The position numbers and the translations under genes are program-made. Below are positions 27,977 to 36,471 of a stretch of 64,000 nucleotides of DNA, one piece after another. The number at the start of each line of letters is the position of its first letter. Position 1 is the stretch's first letter. The DNA comes from a virus (lineage: Duplodnaviria > Heunggongvirae > Uroviricota > Caudoviricetes), in IMG/VR virus record IMGVR_UViG_3300030047_000010, one strand, 5' to 3'. Under the pieces are notes generated by a model. That model worked only from the letters and a program-made list of their open reading frames with translations. It had not been told where the DNA came from and searched no databases.

Positions 27977-28516
27977 GTGGACACTGTAATCAACTGCACG
28001 CACAGGTACCAAAAAGCTCTCAACTTTGCTATCCGCGCACATAAGGATCAGAAGTATGGGAATCTCCCGTATGCTCAGCATATTCTGAGTGCGTCTACTG
28101 TACTCACCCGCTTCGGTATCTGTCTTGCTGACCCCACCGACGGCATCTATCAACACATGGGAGCTCTTCTACACGACACAGTTGAAGATGCCGGTGTGAA
28201 GTATCGCGAGATTGCCACCGAATTTGGTGAGCGCGTTGCTGAAATCGTCTACTGCGTCACAGATGAAATTGGCCGTAATCGCCATGAGCGACATGAAAAG
28301 ACTTATCCCAAGATCCGTCAGAACAAAGATGCTATCATTGTGAAGCTGGCTGATCGCATCACGAATGCTGAATTCTCGGCTAGCGAACGATCCCGCCAGA
28401 TGGATATGTACAGAACAGAATACAACGATTTTCGTACAGCCCTGTATAATGGCGAGCACGATGATATGTGGAATCATCTGGAGGCTGTCCTCTTCCCTAC
28501 GGGCGAGAAGGTATGA
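27977..28516 (+). CDS. Small alarmone hydrolase: RelA/SpoT-type HD domain protein, a (p)ppGpp pyrophosphohydrolase-like enzyme
   Basis: HD-domain signature …AHKDQKY…H…LLHDTVEDAG…; about 180 aa as in Mesh1/SAH proteins. Confidence 0.75.
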   Translation: MDTVINCTHRYQKALNFAIRAHKDQKYGNLPYAQHILSASTVLTRFGICLADPTDGIYQHMGALLHDTVEDAGVKYREIATEFGERVAEIVYCVTDEIGRNRHERHEKTYPKIRQNKDAIIVKLADRITNAEFSASERSRQMDMYRTEYNDFRTALYNGEHDDMWNHLEAVLFPTGEKV

Positions 28517-28524
28517 GATACGTA

Positions 28525-28553
28525 TTGACAAATATGCAAAATTAATGTATATT
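28525..28553 (+). promoter_or_regulatory. Sigma70 promoter TTGACA-N17-TATATT. Its spacer aatatgcaaaattaatg matches the conserved promoter family.
   Basis: Seen directly. Confidence 0.65.
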
Positions 28554-28585
28554 GTCTGTACTAACTTCCTGAAAGAGGTACAACC

Positions 28586-28864
28586 ATGGAATTCATCGAC
28601 AGTACTCTTTTTGCACTCGCTGTATTTTTTGCAGGTCTCATGGGGATACTTATTGTGTGCCTATGTATCCGAACTTTCTACCGATGGATGCGTAGCTTTG
28701 ATGGCATTGACAGGATGCGCATGGCGCAAGAAGAAGAGGATGGCCCGTGGTTTGAGCACCTAAACAATTTAGATAATGAGGGTTACCAGAAATTTCTAGA
28801 CGATGTCGCAATTCAACGACACGGTGTTTTGACACCAGGATCATTTGCAAGTCATCGTCGATAA
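28586..28864 (+). CDS. Small membrane protein, 92 aa (one TM helix, acidic C-terminal tail)
   Basis: ORF with GAGG RBS, its own promoter and a downstream terminator. Confidence 0.5.
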   Translation: MEFIDSTLFALAVFFAGLMGILIVCLCIRTFYRWMRSFDGIDRMRMAQEEEDGPWFEHLNNLDNEGYQKFLDDVAIQRHGVLTPGSFASHRR

Positions 28865-28869
28865 CCTAG

Positions 28870-29256
28870 CTATAGAAAATCACAAATACTGGGCATTGAG
28901 GGCTGCACGATTCTAACAAAAATGTGCAGCCCTTTTTGTTTAGCATAATTAATCATGTGGCGCGTTCCATGAGATTTGCCATCCCAAAGAGCTAATAAGG
29001 CGTCTGCATGGTCTCCCATAACGCAATTACGCCTAATTCCAGCACGACGATCTAAAGAGCCATCAGATGAACGCCACTCAGCAGGATACTCTTCCACAGG
29101 AATACTTTGTGCTACGGCCCATAATCGACCTAAGGTATCTACACCTTTAGCCATGCCACATAGAACTGTAGACGGTATCCAGCCACAAGAACGAAGAGCG
29201 ATCTCTAGCTCTGACATATCTGTTATGTCACGACTTCCAGCTATGATCGTTCTCAT
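28870..29256 (-). CDS. SLOG/DprA-like Rossmann protein (DUF2493-like), 128 aa
   Basis: IIAGSRD…GMAKGVD…AEW…GIRRN…ADALLALWDG.S.GT pattern typical of the phage DUF2493/SLOG family. Confidence 0.55.
   Translation of the reverse strand: MRTIIAGSRDITDMSELEIALRSCGWIPSTVLCGMAKGVDTLGRLWAVAQSIPVEEYPAEWRSSDGSLDRRAGIRRNCVMGDHADALLALWDGKSHGTRHMINYAKQKGLHIFVRIVQPSMPSICDFL
28898..28941 (+). terminator. Intrinsic terminator. Stem gggctgcac/gtgcagccc followed by TTTTTGTTT.
   Basis: Seen directly. Closes the two-gene plus-strand cassette. Confidence 0.7.
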
Positions 29257-30527
29257 ACAGGAGTCTGATCTTTATCTTTCTCAAGCTGCAATAACGCCAA
29301 CTGCAGCTTTCCCGGCTCCATCCAAACAGTACGACCAAGATCCATAACCGTGTCAAAATCAGCACCAAACTTAGCACCGAGCTCTACAGCACTCTCTGCT
29401 GTAAAATAGTCTAAATACAAGCGCAGATCAATACGACCGGGACGAAGAAGCGCAGGATCTAGAACCTCTGTTCTGTTAGATGATATAATAAAAACAACCC
29501 CCTCAGGCGAGGCGATACCATCTAAAATGCCCAGAAGAGGACCAAGGATGGCAGTTTTCATCAATTTACCAATCTCACCATCAGATGACGCAGGAGGTAA
29601 AACACTAGATTTAGGCATCTCCTCCTCGTCACCCAAGTCTTCTGCTTCCTCCCCATCCTCATCTCCACGGTGCGGCTGAGACTTCTTAGCTTTACCTAGG
29701 CCCTCACGATCAATATCTTCAATAAGAACAACAGAGTTCTTCTGAATGCAGCTACGAACCCTATCTATCTTACCAGACGCTAATGTTGTAGCCGACATAG
29801 AGATCAAAGGGAAATCCAAGTAGGAAGCAATGGCTTGTGCCAAACTTGTCTTGCCTGTTCCGGGAGGACCTTCTAAGAGAATACCTGTTTTGTAGATGAT
29901 ACCGTGTTTAGCATACAAAGGTTTAGCGTTTTTCCACCAATCCAAGTGATGTACAAGCTTCTCGCGCACCTCTGGATCAAGTACAACAGAGTCCAGAGGA
30001 CGCTTCTCTCGAAGAATAATTTGATCACTATGGTCGTCTTCAATTCGTAAGCGCTCTGTATCAAACTCATCAGCAAATAGAGATGCCACTTTTTTTGATA
30101 AAACCTTATGAACATCATGAAAAGCTGTAACCTGTATAACGGGTTCGGAAGTCTGATTACGATCAGAATTCTTCTCGGCATCAGTCAACTCAATCTTGAG
30201 GTGTACACCCCTATATTTAGCATAGTACGTCCCAGCAGGCGGCAATCTTCTAGTTACCTCAAACCCCGAACGATGCCCCTCCCAGAAGGAGGATAGAGTT
30301 GAATGCCTTGTTACATCAAGTATGTGATCATCAACAAGCCACTTAGCCACTAAAGAGTAAGCCAGAGCCGACTCAGACCGTTTAGCAGTGAAGGATGTTG
30401 TCAGTTTACGGAAAAGCTGCTGACGCAATTCAGTCAAAATATAAGTGGTTGCACCAGCAGCTAGAGTAAAAGCGAGAGACTTAACTAGCGTCTTCCCTAG
30501 AGTGTCTTTCGAAGTCAAAATCTGCAT
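29253..30527 (-). CDS. BCS1-like AAA+ ATPase with N-terminal hydrophobic segment
   Basis: Walker A GILLEGPPGTGKTS. Walker B VVLIEDIDR. GILDGI…SNRTEVLDPALLRPGRID as in the BCS1 family. AGGAGA RBS at the internal ATG at 30527. Confidence 0.75.
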   Translation of the reverse strand: MQILTSKDTLGKTLVKSLAFTLAAGATTYILTELRQQLFRKLTTSFTAKRSESALAYSLVAKWLVDDHILDVTRHSTLSSFWEGHRSGFEVTRRLPPAGTYYAKYRGVHLKIELTDAEKNSDRNQTSEPVIQVTAFHDVHKVLSKKVASLFADEFDTERLRIEDDHSDQIILREKRPLDSVVLDPEVREKLVHHLDWWKNAKPLYAKHGIIYKTGILLEGPPGTGKTSLAQAIASYLDFPLISMSATTLASGKIDRVRSCIQKNSVVLIEDIDREGLGKAKKSQPHRGDEDGEEAEDLGDEEEMPKSSVLPPASSDGEIGKLMKTAILGPLLGILDGIASPEGVVFIISSNRTEVLDPALLRPGRIDLRLYLDYFTAESAVELGAKFGADFDTVMDLGRTVWMEPGKLQLALLQLEKDKDQTPV

Positions 30528-31011
30528 CGGATCTCCTGAGCGTAGTTCTGACACGAGATAGACGGTTATGCATTACAGAGGCATCACGGTCTACCTTGCG
30601 ACGTTTGGCCTTCAAGTCGGCCACCTGATTCCCTAACAATTTACGCGCAATATCAGAATCAGAATCAGAAATTTCTAGCTCTAGATCTTGGATATCTGAA
30701 TCATAAGACTGCAAACGTTCGGTCAATCGTTCATAAGCAGCCGACAGTTTTGCACCAACTTTAGTTTTTATAGAACCAGCCAAGCGTGCCTCTAAAACAA
30801 CGACTTCAGGGACGCCAAGCTCTGGACAGTTATGTAGAAGCCAAGTAACTTGTGCTTTTGCGGGTCCCGCAGTTAAGTACACTTGAGCATTATGTATATC
30901 AGTTACCCAGTTCTTATCCACCAAGCTACCACGAGATTTGAAGTATCTACCATCAGCAGCCTTAACAATAAAAAACTCAAGAACAGGTTCTTGAGGTCGC
31001 TTCTTTGACAT
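30481..31011 (-). CDS. Hypothetical protein, 176 aa (N-terminal globular part plus acidic coiled-coil tail)
   Basis: ORF in operon. Confidence 0.45.
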   Translation of the reverse strand: MSKKRPQEPVLEFFIVKAADGRYFKSRGSLVDKNWVTDIHNAQVYLTAGPAKAQVTWLLHNCPELGVPEVVVLEARLAGSIKTKVGAKLSAAYERLTERLQSYDSDIQDLELEISDSDSDIARKLLGNQVADLKAKRRKVDRDASVMHNRLSRVRTTLRRSDADFDFERHSREDAS

Positions 31012-31028
31012 AAGAGCACCTCGATTAT

Positions 31029-31391
31029 TTAATCAAGCATTAACTCAGCAGCAAATCTCTGAACGATAGCTGCTACCTTACTAAGGGAAAAAGGTTTGCG
31101 TAAGATATGCTGAATATAAAGACTCCTCTCAAGTGAAGAGATATCCGAAGCACCTGTCATCACAATTACAGGCACGGCTGGAAACAGTGTAGAAGCAGCC
31201 TCAGCTAACTGCAACCCAGAGTAACCAGGCATTTCATAATCTGTAATCAGGAGATCAATAAGATGCTGTTGTTGCATGTAATCAAAAGCCTCACTAGAAT
31301 CACCAAAAGCAGTAACTGTATGAACCAGGGACAAGTATTCTGTAATGCCAGAAAGGATGTCTAGGCTGTCATCTACAATTAAGAGCTTCAT
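31029..31391 (-). CDS. Stand-alone CheY-like response-regulator receiver (REC) domain protein, about 120 aa
   Basis: DD acidic pocket (LLIVDDS), phospho-acceptor Asp (LLITDYEMPG), conserved Thr (IVMTG) and Lys-Pro (RKPF). AGGAGA RBS. Confidence 0.7.
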   Translation of the reverse strand: MKLLIVDDSLDILSGITEYLSLVHTVTAFGDSSEAFDYMQQQHLIDLLITDYEMPGYSGLQLAEAASTLFPAVPVIVMTGASDISSLERSLYIQHILRKPFSLSKVAAIVQRFAAELMLD

Positions 31392-31420
31392 CAGTATCTC
31401 CTGATCACCCCAAGAAGTAT

Positions 31421-31456
31421 AAACCAAAAAGGATCTACCAACATTGGTAGATCCTT
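31421..31456 (-). terminator. Intrinsic terminator. A 12-bp stem (aaggatctacca/tggtagatcctt) with a 4-nt loop, followed by UUUUUGGUUU.
   Basis: Seen directly, between the SPFH gene and the REC gene. Confidence 0.75.
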
Positions 31457-31485
31457 AGTATAGCATTACATAGATGCACTGTCAA
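31457..31485 (-). promoter_or_regulatory. Promoter TTGACA-N17-TATACT. Its -10 abuts the terminator hairpin, so the predicted TSS falls inside the 5' arm.
   Basis: Seen directly. Confidence 0.5.
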
Positions 31486-31499
31486 TCACTTTGGTAGAA

Positions 31500-32402
31500 C
31501 TACTTGTGATGCTTACCTGAAGCTGCAGCAGCGCTAGTTGGCAACTGCACAATCACACCGCCGCCAGCCCCAGATACAACCTGAGGATTGGCACCATTCC
31601 AGGCATTGGCCTTGATGTAGTCAATGAGCTCAGGTGTGATGGACGAAGCGATGCGTCGATTGGATTCTGCCTCACCTGCGGCTGCAATAACCTTGCTACT
31701 GGAATCCATACGAGCCGTCTGGATCTTAGCCTGTGAAGCAGCAGCCTTCTGTGCCTCAATAGCCTTGCTAGAGATAGACTCAGCATACTTAGCATCCGTA
31801 GGTGCCAAGTCGCCAAGAACAAAAACCTCAACCTGAACCACACCAAGACCAGCAACCTGACGAGTAAGCGATGCCTGGATACTGTCAAACAGAGTAGAGA
31901 CACCAGCACCAATCAGAGTAGTAGCCGAATCCTTACCCCCGTAATAGATCAGATCCTTACGAAGGATATTGCGGAATACCCGCTGATTGATCTCGTTCAA
32001 ACCACCACGATACAACTGGAACAGATGAGGCACATAGCGAGGATCCAAGTTATACGAAACACCAACATCAGCACGGAACTGAATACCATCGGCAGACTTG
32101 AAGACAAAAGACTCATCAGTCTTACTGTCCTCATCCGGAGACTTCACGAAGTTCTTCGTCTGTCGGAACGTCGGATACAGATACACATGCTGATTGAAAG
32201 TCGGCCAGATCGTGCCAGGGTACACCACGTTCTTTTCCACACCAGCATTCGAGCCGTACTTGTCTACGACGATGCCAACATTGCCTGGCGGGATATTCTT
32301 CGGAGTTCGAATGATACCTCCGTACAGCAAACCCAAGAGGACCACAAGAGCGGCAATACCCGCAATACCCGCAATGAGGTCTGCCTTCAACGACCTATTC
32401 AT
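31500..32402 (-). CDS. SPFH/band-7 (stomatin/prohibitin/HflK-C-like) membrane protein, about 300 aa
   Basis: N-terminal TM helix, SPFH core, and a C-terminal Ala/Gln-rich coiled coil. Confidence 0.7.
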   Translation of the reverse strand: MNRSLKADLIAGIAGIAALVVLLGLLYGGIIRTPKNIPPGNVGIVVDKYGSNAGVEKNVVYPGTIWPTFNQHVYLYPTFRQTKNFVKSPDEDSKTDESFVFKSADGIQFRADVGVSYNLDPRYVPHLFQLYRGGLNEINQRVFRNILRKDLIYYGGKDSATTLIGAGVSTLFDSIQASLTRQVAGLGVVQVEVFVLGDLAPTDAKYAESISSKAIEAQKAAASQAKIQTARMDSSSKVIAAAGEAESNRRIASSITPELIDYIKANAWNGANPQVVSGAGGGVIVQLPTSAAAASGKHHK

Positions 32403-32643
32403 GATTACTATCCTTTCTTTCTGTGTTGGTGGAAACCCAGTGAATTGCATAGATTGCTCCAGCAAGCACACCGAGGATGGTAGCGACCGGCCAAGCGATC
32501 ACCAAAGTATCATTACGTGACGACATGCAGTAAGGGCCAACAACCCCCAACCACAAGATGATCACAAGAGCTGCTACAGCAGCCAAAGTAAGACGAAGAA
32601 TCAAATTAGGAGACTTATCATCTCTAGAACTAGCTGTTGGCAT
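32395..32643 (-). CDS. Small two-TM membrane protein, about 82 aa, translationally coupled upstream of the SPFH gene (NfeD/YqiJ-like partner position)
   Basis: AAGGAA RBS; 8-nt overlap with the SPFH start. Confidence 0.45.
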   Translation of the reverse strand: MPTASSRDDKSPNLILRLTLAAVAALVIILWLGVVGPYCMSSRNDTLVIAWPVATILGVLAGAIYAIHWVSTNTERKDSNHE

Positions 32644-32673
32644 TGATTTCCTTATGCTGTTGAGTGTTAGTAA

Positions 32674-32702
32674 AAGATACACTTAACTTGCATACTTGTC
32701 AA
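32674..32702 (-). promoter_or_regulatory. Promoter TTGACA-N17-TATCTT for the membrane-protein/SPFH operon
   Basis: Seen directly. Confidence 0.5.
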
Positions 32703-32710
32703 GCCCTACG

Positions 32711-33232
32711 TCAAATTATCTTAGATAAAGACAAGTAGTTCTTATGCAAGAAGAAACATGCCATATCTAGCGCAAGACAGGATTCCCATGGATCCTCCTG
32801 CTCAGCAAAAAGGTCGTGAGATAGAGCACGATACTCCACCAGCAAAGCGGAACAGTGACTCCACAAAAAATACAAACAGCAAGACCAACCAGAACTATTG
32901 ATTATAATCCCGAGTATCTGGAGCAGAGCACTTCCAGTAGGAAACAACATATAACCAGTGCAGGCAACCGCAAACATGCCAACAACGCTTGCAACGAAAG
33001 TACAGGCAAGTCGCAGTAGAATCCTATTCAAGCACTTCTGAAGCAATGTTGAGTACACAGACTTATCCAAAGTAGCCCCTAAAGAAACTAAAATACCGTC
33101 GCCTGTAAGCCAAAAGAACAGAACTACGAGCCCGATACACAGAAGCTCGCCATGCAGGCCAACTGTTCTCAGAACGTTCCTGGAGAAGGAACAAACCCTG
33201 CCTTTGTTGAAACTTTGCAGCACTTCGAGCAA
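32711..33232 (-). CDS. Hydrophobic Cys-rich membrane protein. Frame and start uncertain: it overlaps the next ORF in another frame.
   Basis: ORF only. Confidence 0.3.
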   Translation of the reverse strand: MLEVLQSFNKGRVCSFSRNVLRTVGLHGELLCIGLVVLFFWLTGDGILVSLGATLDKSVYSTLLQKCLNRILLRLACTFVASVVGMFAVACTGYMLFPTGSALLQILGIIINSSGWSCCLYFLWSHCSALLVEYRALSHDLFAEQEDPWESCLALDMACFFLHKNYLSLSKII

Positions 33233-33458
33233 AGGGTAAACACACTAAGGGACACGCGCAGGATAGAAGCATAAAGCACAGATATGAAATAAGTGCCACA
33301 TGATACAGGCAGAGAAGGAAGAAGAAGACGCTACAAGGCAAGACAACAGATAAAATAGCCAACTCGTAGCAACGGGAGATAGCCGAGTCTGAGCAATCAC
33401 GCAGTAGTGCTAAATAGTAGTTTCTACTTTCTACCAGATCGGGATCATATAAGGACAT
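33063..33458 (-). CDS. Hydrophobic Cys-rich membrane protein, 131 aa
   Basis: ORF with an upstream promoter. Confidence 0.35.
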   Translation of the reverse strand: MSLYDPDLVESRNYYLALLRDCSDSAISRCYELAILSVVLPCSVFFFLLCLYHVALISYLCFMLLSCACPLVCLPFARSAAKFQQRQGLFLLQERSENSWPAWRASVYRARSSVLLAYRRRYFSFFRGYFG

Positions 33459-33517
33459 CGAATGGATTATCCTGAAACCCGAGTTGCGTTAGTAAGACTA
33501 AAACATGGCACAGAGCA

Positions 33518-33546
33518 AAGTTACACTAAGTATGTACCTCTGTCAA
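33518..33546 (-). promoter_or_regulatory. Promoter TTGACA-N17-TAACTT
   Basis: Seen directly. Confidence 0.45.
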
Positions 33547-33549
33547 GTG

Positions 33550-36471
33550 CTAAATACAGTTCTTAAGAGCAGCCAACTTCTGCTCAAACTGAGAAATCAA
33601 GTCCCCTACACCTATGCCCGCGACCTTGGCCTTAAGTGAGTCTGTCGTGTCAGCATGCGTATGTATGGTAATCGTGCTTAAGTGTAACGATCCTATCAAA
33701 GCATTGATCTGATTTTGCACCTGACCAAGCAAAGTTATCAATGTTGTATCTGGCGTATAACCTAGGCTAATAGTACAGTGTAATTGAGTACTGACCGTAA
33801 GAGACACCCCAAGTACAGAGTAGGCACCTGCTGCTGTCGTAGAGTATGAGAGTGTTGCAGAGAAAAACGAGAACAGTGTCTGTATAGTACAGTTAAGTGC
33901 TGTAAAGAACTTATCCACGATTTTCGCTAATTTCATAAGCATATTGTTAATATATTCAAGAATTTTATTCAAAACGTTAACTAATTTCTGAAAAGCAGCG
34001 GACAATGCAACACTACCGCTACCAGACGCATAGCAACTAACATATTTTGTATTGATCTCAAAATTAGCATACATATTTGATGTGAAATTAATACCGGCGT
34101 TTAGTATTTTAAGTATGTTCTTATATACTTGCTGCTGACGCTGTACAAAAGCAGTAGCTGTTTTCAGCACACGAGTAATAGTCTTGAGCCCATTCAGTAA
34201 TCGTTTATAATTACGAAGAGCTTCAGCTATGTCATCGTCAAGACCTAAAGTGCCGAGAAGAGATGACATCTTGTCATCCATCCAGTCTGTAATATCATTC
34301 TCAATACCCGTAAGATATTTATCTACCTTAGCTTCCTGTTTATTAAGCCAAGCCTGTGGTATTGTAATTACACTAGCGGCAGCAATAGCATCTAGAATGC
34401 TATTTCCCCAATTAGGATCTTGCATGCGTAAGGCTAAGTCAAAATCACCAACATTTGTAGAACTTGATGAGGAATCACCAACAGAGGTAGTAGATGATGT
34501 TGTATACGTAACACCTGCAGCTAATCCAAGATCTGTAGCCAATTCTGAAATAAAATCATCTGTATCAAGATCAGATGCACGCGACTCCAACCAATCAATC
34601 TCATTATAGAGTTTCCAAACAGGTGATATATTCTCATGAAAGGCCGTAATATAGCTAACTTGTGTTTGTACTGTACTAACGCCGCCAGATGAAGATGATT
34701 TCTCAACTACTTGACCTAAGTAAGAAAAACCAACAGATACAGGTATGTTAAATGATAAATCATATACATTAATCCGCTCAGCTAATAAAGAAACAACTCC
34801 AGTAGTCTCAAATTCCGCTATAAACAAATCTAAGAGTCTGACATCTATCTCAGGCATTTCCATAAAAAATGTATCCTGCCCTAATAAAGCAATAGCATCT
34901 TTTGTATCATTTATATATTTAGTTTTATTTATCGTAGTTGTAACAGCAGCTAGATCTGAAGCTACTGCAGTAAATGCAACCTTAGAACGTGATGAGTATG
35001 AATTCAAAGAAGTCCAATAATATGCACCATTAATCAACGCTTTCTTTTGTTCATCTGTAAAACCATAACGGCTGCAATCTGAGTAAAGTGTCCCAGATAG
35101 TGCAGTATCTGCCAGATTAGATGCCCCACCACCAACAACAAGAGACTTAAGAGTTCTTAAAGACGAGGCCGAAGATTTAGTTTTAGCTATAGTTTGTAAT
35201 TGATAGATAGACCCGTCTATCCCTAAAACAGATGAGGCACTGTATGTTGTATCAAAAAACTGAATAAACGCAGATGAGCCTTTTACTTTTGCTGTAAAAA
35301 CAATTTCATTGCCAAAAACACGTACACTTAATATATCCCCAAGCTGCGCTGTAATACAAGATGCTACAGACTGGGCTGTATATGTACCAATTGTGCCTGT
35401 ACCCCGATCACCTGTTACATCAACTACAATAGCATACCCAGATATAGAGATGCCTAAAGAATAACTGGTAGAACTTAATTTAGATACATCTAGACCTGCG
35501 GTAATAAATAAAGGAGCTGAGCTAATAACATTATTTAAGCAAAATTTGAATACGCGACAAAACAACGATGGGTCGTATGCTAACTCTACACCGTGCTTAC
35601 TCTTATAGGTAGCCTTAACAGCAGTAACAGCAGAATCTTTTGATATGTTTATACCTACAAAAGTTTCCTGAGAAACAATAGCTATTTTTTTAGAAGCATA
35701 AAATGTTATTTGGTCATCATATAAAGGATAGTCATGTCTTTCACGAATTTTATCATAATCACCGGTATCCGCATCATCAACACTGACCTCCTCTTGAGAG
35801 ACAACAGACCAAACTACAGCATAACCTTTACTCTTACCAGCAGCAAAAATTAACCGCATACTATCAATATCACCACCAGCAGCACGCAAAGCCTCACGCA
35901 TAATAGAAACATTACCATCAGTCTGATACTCAGTTCCTGTTGTAGATGAAGATGTTTTTGTATTTGCCTTATAAGCTGTCTGATTATAGGAACCAGACTT
36001 TTGTACTAGACTCTTATTATAATCCGAGGATGATTTAACACCTAAATAATCTAAATCAATATCTGTAACCCCTTTACCTAATCCAGCAATAGAGTATGTG
36101 GATGACGGTGCATGTTGTGTTACTGAGTTAGCATCATACTGATTAACAAGGTATAAATTACTATCAACAAACATAAAACCTTTAGCTTCTGTTACTTTTT
36201 GATAGTCCCGATCTGTGGCAGTAAAACCAAGGGCACCAATATCGTTTAATAGATCATCAACAGTAGATACGTCAGGAGACGTGAGCACACTATTATGTGA
36301 TGTCACACCATCTTGAAACGAAGCTAAAACAGCAGTTAACTTAGGATCAGCAAGAACCTTATCTATAGCTGTTTGAGCTTCAGTGGATGCCGCATCTAAT
36401 GAATCAGCTAAAGCAGCAAACTGTGCAGATGAGTCACCAGGTACGTAACAGGTTTCAAGACTATAAGGCAT
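33550..36471 (-). CDS. Large tail/fibre-like structural protein, 973 aa
   Basis: Long S/T/G-rich beta-type sequence, immediately downstream of the tape-measure-like gene. Confidence 0.5.
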   Translation of the reverse strand: MPYSLETCYVPGDSSAQFAALADSLDAASTEAQTAIDKVLADPKLTAVLASFQDGVTSHNSVLTSPDVSTVDDLLNDIGALGFTATDRDYQKVTEAKGFMFVDSNLYLVNQYDANSVTQHAPSSTYSIAGLGKGVTDIDLDYLGVKSSSDYNKSLVQKSGSYNQTAYKANTKTSSSTTGTEYQTDGNVSIMREALRAAGGDIDSMRLIFAAGKSKGYAVVWSVVSQEEVSVDDADTGDYDKIRERHDYPLYDDQITFYASKKIAIVSQETFVGINISKDSAVTAVKATYKSKHGVELAYDPSLFCRVFKFCLNNVISSAPLFITAGLDVSKLSSTSYSLGISISGYAIVVDVTGDRGTGTIGTYTAQSVASCITAQLGDILSVRVFGNEIVFTAKVKGSSAFIQFFDTTYSASSVLGIDGSIYQLQTIAKTKSSASSLRTLKSLVVGGGASNLADTALSGTLYSDCSRYGFTDEQKKALINGAYYWTSLNSYSSRSKVAFTAVASDLAAVTTTINKTKYINDTKDAIALLGQDTFFMEMPEIDVRLLDLFIAEFETTGVVSLLAERINVYDLSFNIPVSVGFSYLGQVVEKSSSSGGVSTVQTQVSYITAFHENISPVWKLYNEIDWLESRASDLDTDDFISELATDLGLAAGVTYTTSSTTSVGDSSSSSTNVGDFDLALRMQDPNWGNSILDAIAAASVITIPQAWLNKQEAKVDKYLTGIENDITDWMDDKMSSLLGTLGLDDDIAEALRNYKRLLNGLKTITRVLKTATAFVQRQQQVYKNILKILNAGINFTSNMYANFEINTKYVSCYASGSGSVALSAAFQKLVNVLNKILEYINNMLMKLAKIVDKFFTALNCTIQTLFSFFSATLSYSTTAAGAYSVLGVSLTVSTQLHCTISLGYTPDTTLITLLGQVQNQINALIGSLHLSTITIHTHADTTDSLKAKVAGIGVGDLISQFEQKLAALKNCI

